A stretch of DNA of 34,676 bases from a virus (Duplodnaviria; Heunggongvirae; Uroviricota; Caudoviricetes): the IMG/VR virus record IMGVR_UViG_2537561603_000002; one strand, 5' to 3'. A program made the translations under genes and the position numbers. The notes under the pieces are model-generated. The model saw only the letters and a program-made list of their open reading frames with translations. It made no database searches and was not told the origin of the DNA. Of this stretch, positions 26,856-34,676 are shown piece after piece; the stretch's first letter is position 1; each line of letters opens with the position of its first letter.

Positions 26856-29800
26856 TAATAACCTGCGCCTGCAGGTCATTCTTAATGCGGTTGACAAACT
26901 CACCCGCCCATTTCGATCTGCGCAGGCCAGTTCAAGAGAACTGGCTGCTGCTGTCAAAAAATCCCGCGATGCAATAAAGCAGCTTGATCAGGCCGGGAGC
27001 AGTCTGGACAGCTTCCGAAAGCTGCAGGCAGAAAATCAGAAATTAGGCGACAGGCTGAACTATGCCCGCCAGCGTGCCAATTTGCTCAGTCAGGAACTGG
27101 GAGCGATGGGGCCGCCTTCGCAACGTCAGGTTGTCGCTCTGGGCCGTCAACGGCTGGCTGTTCAGCGCCTGGAAGAACGCCAGAAAAAGCTGCAGCAGCA
27201 GACGGCGCTTGTGCGTGCAGAACTTTATCGTGCTGGTATTTCAGCTAATGATGGCGCCAGTGCGACGGCCCGCATTACCCGTGAAACGATGCGTTATAAC
27301 AGGCAGCTTTCTGAGCAGGAAGCGAGGTTACGACGTGTCGGGGAGCAACAGCGAAAAATGCACGCCGCCCGGGGGGCTTACGTCAGGCGTCTTGAGGTAA
27401 GGGATCGTATTGCAGGTGCTGGAGCCACCACCACGGCGGCAGGGCTGGCAATGGGCGCGCCAGTGATGGCGGCAGTAAAAAGCTATACCAGCATGGAAGA
27501 TGCCATGAAAGGTGTGGCAAAGCAGGTCAATGGTCTGCGTGACGATAATGGCAACCGCACTGCACGTTTTTATGAAATGCAGGATGCCATCAAGGCTGCC
27601 AGCGAACAGTTGCCGATGGAAAACGGTGCTGTGGACTTCGCCGCACTGGTTGAAGGTGGTGCGCGCATGAACGTCTCAAACCCTGATGACAGCTGGGAAG
27701 ACCAGAAACGTGACCTGCTGGCCTTCGCCAGTACGGCTGCGAAGGCGGCAACAGCCTTTGAGCTGCCAGCGGATGAACTGTCAGAAAGTCTGGGGAAAAT
27801 CGCCCAGCTCTACAAAATACCTACCCGCAATATTGAACAGCTCGGCGATGCGCTGAACTATCTGGATGATAACGCCATGTCGAAAGGGGCGGACATCATT
27901 GATGTGATGCAACGTCTGGGCGGTGTGGCTGACCGTCTGGATTATCGTAAAGCGGCGGCACTGGGTTCCACCTTTCTGACACTGAGCGCTGCGCCGGAGG
28001 TTGCAGCCAGTGCAGCAAACGCGATGGTGCGTGAATTGTCCATTGCCACCATGCAAAGCAAGAGTTTCTTTGAAGGGATGAATCTGCTGAAACTCAATCC
28101 TGAAGTGATTGAAAAGCAGATGACGAAGGATGCGATGGGAACTATCCAGCGTGTGCTGGAGAAGGTGAACGCACTGCCGCAGGACAAGCGTCTGTCTGCC
28201 ATGACCATGTTGTTTGGTAAAGAGTTTGGCGATGACGCAGCGAAACTGGCAAACAACCTGCCGGAACTGCAGCGCCAGTTAAAACTGACAGCGGGCAATG
28301 ATGCGCTCGGCTCCATGCAGAAAGAATCCGACATTAACAAGGATTCACTTTCTGCGCAGTGGTTGCTGGTCAAAACCACTGCGCAGAATACCTTCAGCAG
28401 CCTGGGCGAAACGCTGCGCCAGCCGCTGATGGATATTCTGTACACGGTGAAAAGCGTCACGGGGGCGTTGCGTCGCTGGGTGGAAGCTAACCCGGAACTG
28501 ACGGGCACACTGATGAAAGTAGCAGCGGTTGTGGCTGCCGTTACCGTGGGCCTCGGCACCCTGGCTGTGGTGTTGGCTGCAGTGCTGGGGCCGCTGGCAG
28601 TGATCCGTCTGGGATTCTCTGTGCTGGGTATCAAAACGTTACCTTCCGTTACGGCAGCAGTAACACGAACCAGCAGCGCGTTGTCCTGGCTGGCTGGCGC
28701 TCCACTGGCAGTGCTGCGACGCGGGCTTGCTTCATCGGGTAACGCAGCGGGTTTACTTACTGCGCCGTTGTCGTCTTTGCGCCGTATGGCATCACTGACG
28801 GGAAATGTCCTGAAAACTGTAGCAGGTGCGCCGGTTGCACTATTGCGGTCCGGTTTATCCGCTTTACGTGCTGTTGCTGTGATGTTTATGAATCCTCTGG
28901 CGGTACTGCGCGGTGGACTGGCTGCCGCAGGCGCGGTGCTTCGTGTGCTGGCATCTGGTCCGCTGGCGATGCTGCGCGTTGCCCTGTATGCCGTATCTGG
29001 TCTGTTAGGTGCTCTGCTCAGTCCGATAGGTCTTGTGGTTACTGCACTGACGGGTGTGGCGCTGGTTGTCTGGAAATACTGGCAACCCATCACCGCATTT
29101 CTCGGTGGCGTGGTGGAAGGATTCAAAGCGGCGGCAGGTCCCATCAGTGCAGCATTCGAACCACTTAAGCCTGTGTTTCAGTGGATTGGCGACAAAGTGC
29201 AGGCGCTGTGGGGCTGGTTTACTGATCTGCTGACGCCCGTTAAGTCGACCTCTGCTGAACTGCAGAGCGCAGCGGCAATGGGGCAACGATTCGGGGAGGC
29301 ACTGGCGGAAGGACTGAATATGGTCATGCATCCGCTGGACTCCCTGAAATCCGGCGTATCCTGGTTGCTGGAAAAACTCGGCATTGTCAGTAAAGAGGCC
29401 GCAAAGGCAAAACTGCCGGAAAGCGTGACGCGTCAGCAACCTGCGACGGTGAATGCAGACGGCAAAGTGATGATACCATCGGGTGGTTTTCCGTCATGGG
29501 GATATGGCTTTGCGGGGATGTATGACAGCGGCGGCTATATCCCGCGCGGGCAGTTTGGCATCGTCGGTGAAAACGGGCCTGAAATTATCAACGGCCCGGC
29601 AAATGTGACCAGCCGGAAAAATACAGCTGCACTGGCTGCCGTTGTTGCCGGAATGATGGGCGTTGCTGCCGCGCCTGCAGAGCTTCCACCGTTACATCCT
29701 TTGGCACTTCCCGCGAAAGGCGGCGAAGCGATGGTGAGTCGTGCAGCCACTGTGCCGCCCGTTCAACGGATTGAGGCACCGACGCAGATCATCATTCAGA

Positions 29801-29925
29801 CGCAGCCAGGACAAAGTGCGCAGGATATTGCGCGGGAGGTGGCCCGCCAGCTTGATGAACGTGAACGCAGGCTGAAGGCAAAAGCCAGGAGTAACTACAG
29901 CGATCAGGGGGGATACGACGCATGA
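26848..29925 (+). CDS. T: Tail tape measure protein T
   Basis: 1025-aa ORF with coiled-coil N-terminal part and Gly/Ala-rich hydrophobic central repeats; after E/E' as in all P2-like tails. Confidence 0.85.
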   Translation: MSDNNLRLQVILNAVDKLTRPFRSAQASSRELAAAVKKSRDAIKQLDQAGSSLDSFRKLQAENQKLGDRLNYARQRANLLSQELGAMGPPSQRQVVALGRQRLAVQRLEERQKKLQQQTALVRAELYRAGISANDGASATARITRETMRYNRQLSEQEARLRRVGEQQRKMHAARGAYVRRLEVRDRIAGAGATTTAAGLAMGAPVMAAVKSYTSMEDAMKGVAKQVNGLRDDNGNRTARFYEMQDAIKAASEQLPMENGAVDFAALVEGGARMNVSNPDDSWEDQKRDLLAFASTAAKAATAFELPADELSESLGKIAQLYKIPTRNIEQLGDALNYLDDNAMSKGADIIDVMQRLGGVADRLDYRKAAALGSTFLTLSAAPEVAASAANAMVRELSIATMQSKSFFEGMNLLKLNPEVIEKQMTKDAMGTIQRVLEKVNALPQDKRLSAMTMLFGKEFGDDAAKLANNLPELQRQLKLTAGNDALGSMQKESDINKDSLSAQWLLVKTTAQNTFSSLGETLRQPLMDILYTVKSVTGALRRWVEANPELTGTLMKVAAVVAAVTVGLGTLAVVLAAVLGPLAVIRLGFSVLGIKTLPSVTAAVTRTSSALSWLAGAPLAVLRRGLASSGNAAGLLTAPLSSLRRMASLTGNVLKTVAGAPVALLRSGLSALRAVAVMFMNPLAVLRGGLAAAGAVLRVLASGPLAMLRVALYAVSGLLGALLSPIGLVVTALTGVALVVWKYWQPITAFLGGVVEGFKAAAGPISAAFEPLKPVFQWIGDKVQALWGWFTDLLTPVKSTSAELQSAAAMGQRFGEALAEGLNMVMHPLDSLKSGVSWLLEKLGIVSKEAAKAKLPESVTRQQPATVNADGKVMIPSGGFPSWGYGFAGMYDSGGYIPRGQFGIVGENGPEIINGPANVTSRKNTAALAAVVAGMMGVAAAPAELPPLHPLALPAKGGEAMVSRAATVPPVQRIEAPTQIIIQTQPGQSAQDIAREVARQLDERERRLKAKARSNYSDQGGYDA

Positions 29926-30407
29926 TGATGGTGCTGGGATTGTACGTGTTTATGCTGCGCACCGTGCCGTATCAGGAACTGCAGTATCAACGCAGCTGGC
30001 GACATGCGGCAAACAGCCGGGTAAACCGTCGTCCGTCCACGCAGTTTCTGGGACCGGAAAACGATATGCTGACGCTTTCCGGTGTTCTTATGCCGGAGAT
30101 AACAGGCGGCAGGCTGTCGTTGCTGGCACTGGAGCAGATGGCAGAACAGGGGAAAGCATGGCCCCTGATTGAAGGCAGCGGCACGATTTACGGCATGTAT
30201 GTGATTGAGGGACTGAATCAGACTAAAACGGAGTTTTTCCGCGACGGTATGCCGCGCCGGATTGAGTTCACCCTGTCGCTAAAACGGGTGGATGAATCCC
30301 TGTCCGATATGTTCGGTGATCTCAGTACTCAACTGAATAATCTGCAGGACACGGCAACGTCTGCTTTAAGCGATATCAGTAAAACGGTGGGAGGGCTGCT
30401 GTCGTGA
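29922..30407 (+). CDS. U: Tail protein U
   Basis: 161 aa (P2 U 159 aa), overlapping T stop. Confidence 0.8.
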   Translation: MMMVLGLYVFMLRTVPYQELQYQRSWRHAANSRVNRRPSTQFLGPENDMLTLSGVLMPEITGGRLSLLALEQMAEQGKAWPLIEGSGTIYGMYVIEGLNQTKTEFFRDGMPRRIEFTLSLKRVDESLSDMFGDLSTQLNNLQDTATSALSDISKTVGGLLS

Positions 30408-31512
30408 ATTTCAGCTCTGAACTGCTTAACAAAGGCAACAAAACTCCGGCATTCAGCATCAGTGTTGAGGGCAGGGATATCACCACTGTGCTGGACAACC
30501 GCCTGATGGGGCTTACGCTGACGGATAACCGGGGCTTTGAAGCGGACCAGCTTGATCTGGAGCTGGACGACGCTGATGGAAAAATCGTGCTGCCGCGCCG
30601 TGGTGCGGTCATTACGCTGGCGCTGGGCTGGAAGGGACAGCCGCTTTTCCCGAAAGGGGCATTCACGGTGGACGAGATTGAACACACTGGCGCACCGGAC
30701 CGCCTGACCATCCGGGCGCGAAGTGCTGATTTTCGGGAAACGCTGAATACCCGCCGTGAAAAATCGTGGCACAAGACCACGGTCGGGGAAGTGGTGAAGG
30801 AAATAGCTGCGCGGCACAAACTGAAGATGGCACTGGGTAAAGACCTGTCGGATAAGCCCGTGGAACATATAGACCAGACCAATGAGAGTGACGGCAGTTT
30901 TCTGATGCGGCTGGCGCGCCAGTACGGTGCTATTGCGTCGGTGAAAAATGGCAATCTGTTATTCATCCGGCAGGGACAGGGCAAAAGCGCCAGCGGTAAA
31001 CCTCTGCCGGTGATCACTATCACACGCAAGGACGGCGACAGTCACCGCTTTACCCTGGCAGATCGCGGAGCCTATACGGGCGTAATTGCCAGTTGGTTGC
31101 ATACCCGCGAACCCGCGAACCCGCGAAGAAAGAAAGCACCACGGTGAAGCGTAAGCGCAGGACCGCAAAGCAGAAGAAAGAGCCGGAAGCGAAGCAGGGC
31201 GATTACCTGGTGGGTACGGATGAAAACGTGCTGGTACTTAATCGCACTTATGCCAACCGGAGCAACGCCGAACGGGCAGCGAAAATGCAGTGGGAACGCC
31301 TGCAACGCGGCGTTGCATCATTCTCGCTACAACCGGCGGAAGGGCGGGCAGATCTCTACACAGAAATGCCTGTGAAGGTCAGTGGCTTTAAACAGCCGAT
31401 AGATGATGCGGAATGGACCATTACGACTCTGACGCATACCGTCAGCCCGGATAACGGTTTTACGACCAGTCTGGAGCTTGAAGTGAGGATTGATGATTTC
31501 GAAATGGAATGA
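30404..31512 (+). pseudogene. D: Tail protein D (late control gene D) interrupted by a frameshift in an 8-bp tandem repeat (ACCCGCGA x3 at 31103-31126)
   Basis: Two ORFs (30404-31147 and 31093-31512, different frames) together cover a gpD-length protein; deleting one 8-bp unit gives one continuous ~366-aa ORF (…HTREPAKKESTTVKRKRR…). Confidence 0.65.
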
Positions 31513-31602
31513 TTCTTCGCAATGGAGAACTTTTAAGTTTGCAAAATGGAATGATGCGGTATCATTATTGTGAATTTAGCAAAAATGGGGAGAACTCGAA
31601 AA

Positions 31603-31821
31603 ATGATGATTTGCCCACTGTGCGGAAGTGCCGCCCATACTCGCAGCAGTTTTCAGGTATCTTCATTGACCAAAGAGCGTTACAACCAGTGCCAGAACAT
31701 TAACTGCAGCCATACTTTTGTTACCCATGAAACTTTTGTTCGTTCGATTGCAACGCCAAAAGAGTCAAATCCGGTTCAGCCGCATCCAATGAAATCAGGA
31801 CAGGTGGCGCTCTCTCTTTGA
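31603..31821 (+). CDS. ogr: Late gene transcription activator Ogr (zinc finger, 72 aa)
   Basis: MMICPLCGSAAHTRSSFQVSSLTKERYNQCQNINCSHTFVTHE parallels P2 Ogr (CPLC...QCQNVNCS...); last phage gene before the att repeat. Confidence 0.8.
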   Translation: MMICPLCGSAAHTRSSFQVSSLTKERYNQCQNINCSHTFVTHETFVRSIATPKESNPVQPHPMKSGQVALSL

Positions 31822-31843
31822 CGCTGCCGCCATTTTGTCGCCA
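31822..31843. repeat. Candidate attR core (direct repeat of 19-40); right prophage boundary
   Basis: cgctgccgccattttgtcgcca, 21/22 identical to 19-40; begins 1 bp after the ogr stop. Confidence 0.55.
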
Positions 31844-31900
31844 TCGTTAAAAAACAGTGCTTCTAACGTCATGATTTTAAACGGCATAAATTTCAGGCAA

Positions 31901-31945
31901 CAAAAAACCCATCAACCTTGAACCGAAATGGCGGGGTTGATGGGC
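31901..31945 (-). terminator. Rho-independent terminator of ybjL (minus strand)
   Basis: Stem cccatcaac (31908-31916) / gttgatggg (31936-31944); on the minus strand it is followed by a T-rich run (complement of aaaaaa at 31902-31907). Confidence 0.6.
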
Positions 31946-32056
31946 TCCACAAAATGGGGACATCAAAGAAAAGCAGTGGCACTAATTAAGACTGATGCCC
32001 TGCGGAAAAGTTCTGCGGTTGTGCAAAAAAATTTCATTTTCAGGGCAACTTCAGTT

Positions 32057-33742
32057 TTATCCTAATCCTGGCCATACCATGACGATGATTGTCCCTGCCA
32101 GCGTCAGCAGGACGTTGGCGATTGCATAGGTGCCCGCATAGCCCAGCGCCGGGATGTTACTGCGAGCTGTATCACTGATGATCTCCATTGCCGGCGCGCA
32201 GGTGCGTGCGCCCATCATTGCGCCGAACAACAGTGCGCGGTTCATTCGCAATACATAAGCACCGAACAAGAAACAGATAACCACTGGCACAAGACTGACA
32301 ATTAATCCGGCAATCAACATCTGACCGCCAATCGTGCCCAGGCCGTTATTAATACCGCTACCGGCGCTCAGACCAACGCCTGCCATAAACACCATTAAGC
32401 CGAACTCTTTCACCATGCTTAATGCACCCTGCGGAATGTAACCGAAGGTCGGGTGGTTAGCGCGCATAAATCCCAGCATAATTCCGGCGAATAACAACCC
32501 GGCAGCGTTCCCCATGCCGAAACTGAATGTGCTGAACTGGAAGGTGATCATCCCGATCATCAGCCCAATAACAAAGAAGGCGCAGAATGCCAGCAAGTCA
32601 GTGACCTGGCTATGAATCGAGATAAAGCCGATGCGATCGGCGATGGTTTTTACGCGACGGGCATCGCCGCTGACTTGTAAAACGTCACCTTTGTTAAGCA
32701 CGACGTTGTCATCTATCGGCATCTCAATCTGGCTACGAATGACGCGGTTAAGGAAGCAACCGTGATCGGTCAACTTCAGTTGTGCGAGACGTTTGCCAAC
32801 GGCGTTATGGTTTTTAACGACCACTTCTTCAGTGACGATACGCATGTCGAGAAGGTCACGATCGAAAACTTCTTTGCCGTTACGGAAGCTGGGATCGAGT
32901 CGGGCGTGGGCGTCGGGATAGCCTACCAACGCTATTTCATCGCCCATTTGTAGCACAGCATCACCGTCTGGATTCGCCAGAATCCCGTTACGTCGAATAC
33001 GTTCAATGTAGCAGCCAGTTTGTCGATAAATACCCAGTTCACGCAGATTTTTGCCGTCGGTCCAGGCCACCAGCTCCGGGCCGACGCGGTAGGCGCGGAT
33101 CACCGGTAAATAAACCTTACGGTTGGCATCAGTGTCCAGGCCACGTTCGCGGGCGATTTGCTGGGCGCTGGTCTGTAAGTCCTGATGCTGCAATTTCGGC
33201 AAGTAACGCGCACCAACAATCAAACTCACCAGACCGATTAAATAGGTTAAGGCATACCCGAGGCTCAGATTATCCAGTGCCAGTGAGAGCTGCCTGCTTT
33301 CCATGCCGGAATGACGCAGTGTATCGCCAGCACCGACCAGAACCGGTGTTGACGTCATAGAGCCAGCTAACATACCGGCCGTCAGGCCAATATCCCAGCC
33401 AAACAGCTTACCTAACCCTAAGGCGATCACCAGCGCACTGCCAACCATCACCAGTGCTAACATTAGGTAATTTTTCCCATCGCGAAAAAAAATGGAAAAA
33501 AAGTTCGGTCCGGCTTCGACCCCGACGCAGAAAATAAACAGCATAAAGCCAAGATTAAGCGCGTCGGTGTTAATGCTGAAATGTTGTTGGCCTAATAACA
33601 GCGATACGACTAAAACGCCAATGGAATTACCCAGTTGGATCGAACCAAGTCGTAATTTCCCGAGACATAGCCCAAGCGCGAGGACCACAAATAATAACAG
33701 AATGTAATTCCCATTTAACAATTCGGCGACGTTTATATTCAC
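32057..33742 (-). CDS. ybjL: Putative transport protein YbjL (YidE/YbjL family)
   Basis: 561-aa polytopic membrane protein with hydrophobic N- and C-terminal halves and a soluble central region; recognised as E. coli YbjL by sequence recall and by adjacency to ybjM and grxA. Confidence 0.7.
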   Translation of the reverse strand: MNINVAELLNGNYILLLFVVLALGLCLGKLRLGSIQLGNSIGVLVVSLLLGQQHFSINTDALNLGFMLFIFCVGVEAGPNFFSIFFRDGKNYLMLALVMVGSALVIALGLGKLFGWDIGLTAGMLAGSMTSTPVLVGAGDTLRHSGMESRQLSLALDNLSLGYALTYLIGLVSLIVGARYLPKLQHQDLQTSAQQIARERGLDTDANRKVYLPVIRAYRVGPELVAWTDGKNLRELGIYRQTGCYIERIRRNGILANPDGDAVLQMGDEIALVGYPDAHARLDPSFRNGKEVFDRDLLDMRIVTEEVVVKNHNAVGKRLAQLKLTDHGCFLNRVIRSQIEMPIDDNVVLNKGDVLQVSGDARRVKTIADRIGFISIHSQVTDLLAFCAFFVIGLMIGMITFQFSTFSFGMGNAAGLLFAGIMLGFMRANHPTFGYIPQGALSMVKEFGLMVFMAGVGLSAGSGINNGLGTIGGQMLIAGLIVSLVPVVICFLFGAYVLRMNRALLFGAMMGARTCAPAMEIISDTARSNIPALGYAGTYAIANVLLTLAGTIIVMVWPGLG

Positions 33743-34011
33743 GGAGGCTAACTTCTTGTTTACTAGTAAGCTGTTGAAAGAAATGGTAATTTACGATAAT
33801 GTTTTTTACCAGAATTCAGGGCGCAGATTCATTCAGCGCACCTAAACGATAGTAAAGTAACAATATATTTTACTAGTGTAATCACATTAGGTATCAACGG
33901 CTATATGAATTGCGTTGGCCTATATTAGCATGGAATGCGAAGCGGCTTTATCTTACTGAACGCCACACTGGCGAAAAATGTGTTCGATAGACGCAGTGTC
34001 AGGAGGAACGA

Positions 34012-34389
34012 GTGAAACATAAACAACGTTGGGCGGGGGCAATCTGCTGTTTTGTCCTCTTCATTGTGGTGTGTCTTTTTCTGGCGACGCACATGAAAGG
34101 CGCTTTTCGGGCTGCCGGGCATCCTGAAATCGGTTTGCTATTTTTCATTCTTCCTGGTGCAGTTGCCAGCTTCTTTTCACATCGTAGAGAAGTCCTGAAA
34201 CCTCTGTTTGGCGCAATGCTGGCGGCACCCTGTTCGATGCTCATTATGCGGCTGTTTTTTTCACCGACGCGCTCATTCTGGCAAGAGCTGGCATGGTTAT
34301 TAAGTGCGGTGTTCTGGTGTGCGCTGGGGGCATTGTGTTTCTTATTTATCAGTAGTTTGTTTAAACCACAGCACAGAAAAAATCAATAA
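34012..34389 (+). CDS. ybjM: Inner membrane protein YbjM
   Basis: 125-aa hydrophobic protein between ybjL and grxA, as in the E. coli K-12 gene order. Confidence 0.6.
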   Translation: MKHKQRWAGAICCFVLFIVVCLFLATHMKGAFRAAGHPEIGLLFFILPGAVASFFSHRREVLKPLFGAMLAAPCSMLIMRLFFSPTRSFWQELAWLLSAVFWCALGALCFLFISSLFKPQHRKNQ

Positions 34390-34410
34390 AGCCCTCAACG
34401 CGAGGGCTTG
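34389..34410. terminator. Stem-loop between convergent ybjM and grxA (likely grxA terminator)
   Basis: gccctc aacgc gagggc hairpin (34391-34407); on the minus strand it is followed by a T-rich tract. Confidence 0.5.
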
Positions 34411-34418
34411 TCAGACGA

Positions 34419-34676
34419 TCAGGCGTCCAGATTCTCTTTCACCCATGCAGCAAAATCGGTATAGCCGCCGATATGTTGCTGATCGACAAAAATCTGCGGC
34501 ACGGTTTCTACGGGTTTACCTGCCTTTTGTTGTAGATCTTCTTTAGTGATCCCTTCCGCACGAATATCTACATACTGATACTGGAAATCATCGCGTTCAT
34601 TGCTCAATTTCTCAGCCAGATCTTTTGCACGCACACAGTAAGGGCAACCCGGACGACCAAAAATAACGGTTTGCAT
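34419..34676 (-). CDS. grxA: Glutaredoxin 1
   Basis: 85-aa protein MQTVIFGRPGCPYCVRAKDLAEKL... with CPYC active site; complete ORF ending at the window edge. Confidence 0.85.
   Translation of the reverse strand: MQTVIFGRPGCPYCVRAKDLAEKLSNERDDFQYQYVDIRAEGITKEDLQQKAGKPVETVPQIFVDQQHIGGYTDFAAWVKENLDA

Noticed and set aside
27942-29144. 400-aa ORF on the minus strand inside the tape measure gene T
   Set aside because: Antisense shadow ORF; Ser/Ala/Thr/Pro/Arg-rich translation with no recognisable domain. The sense-strand tape measure call is strongly supported.
31103-31126. Possibility that the ACCCGCGA tandem repeat (or the H repeats at 22390-22850) is a CRISPR array
   Set aside because: Units are contiguous with no spacers, only 8 bp long and inside coding sequence. 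No repeat-spacer architecture or cas genes occur in the window.
31845-32056. tRNA or tmRNA gene at the prophage right junction
   Set aside because: No cloverleaf-compatible sequence or conserved T-loop/CCA features noticed. The region is explained by the att core and the ybjL terminator, but this was not computationally scanned.

Overview
The window is almost entirely a P2/186-like (Peduovirus-type) temperate prophage of an Escherichia-like host, running from the left edge to about position 31843, followed by host genes ybjL, ybjM and grxA. Gene order is canonical: int, CI-like repressor, apl/cox-like, cII, small early genes, Dam methylase, replication gene A, LexA-controlled tum/DinI, then portal Q, terminase P, O-N-M-L capsid genes, X, holin, endolysin, LysB/LysC, R, S, V-W-J-I baseplate, H-G tail fibre, FI-FII-E(E')-T-U-D and ogr. 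A 22-bp imperfect direct repeat (19-40 and 31822-31843) looks like the att core. The regions the P2 backbone does not explain are: (1) a divergent, AT-rich cargo pair between A/tum and Q, comprising a 246-aa Cys-rich protein and a TIR-domain protein, which is my best candidate for an undescribed anti-phage defence module; (2) an AT-rich reverse-strand 245-aa cargo gene between tail genes S and V, an unusual site; (3) a remnant invertible tail-fibre segment (inverted tfa plus a 5'-truncated Gin/Pin-family invertase) where P2 carries Z/fun; (4) an 8-bp tandem triplication that frameshifts tail gene D; (5) a small secreted Cys-rich ORF between int and the repressor. All calls come from reading translated ORFs and sequence motifs by eye; no database search was run, and family assignments are from recalled similarity.
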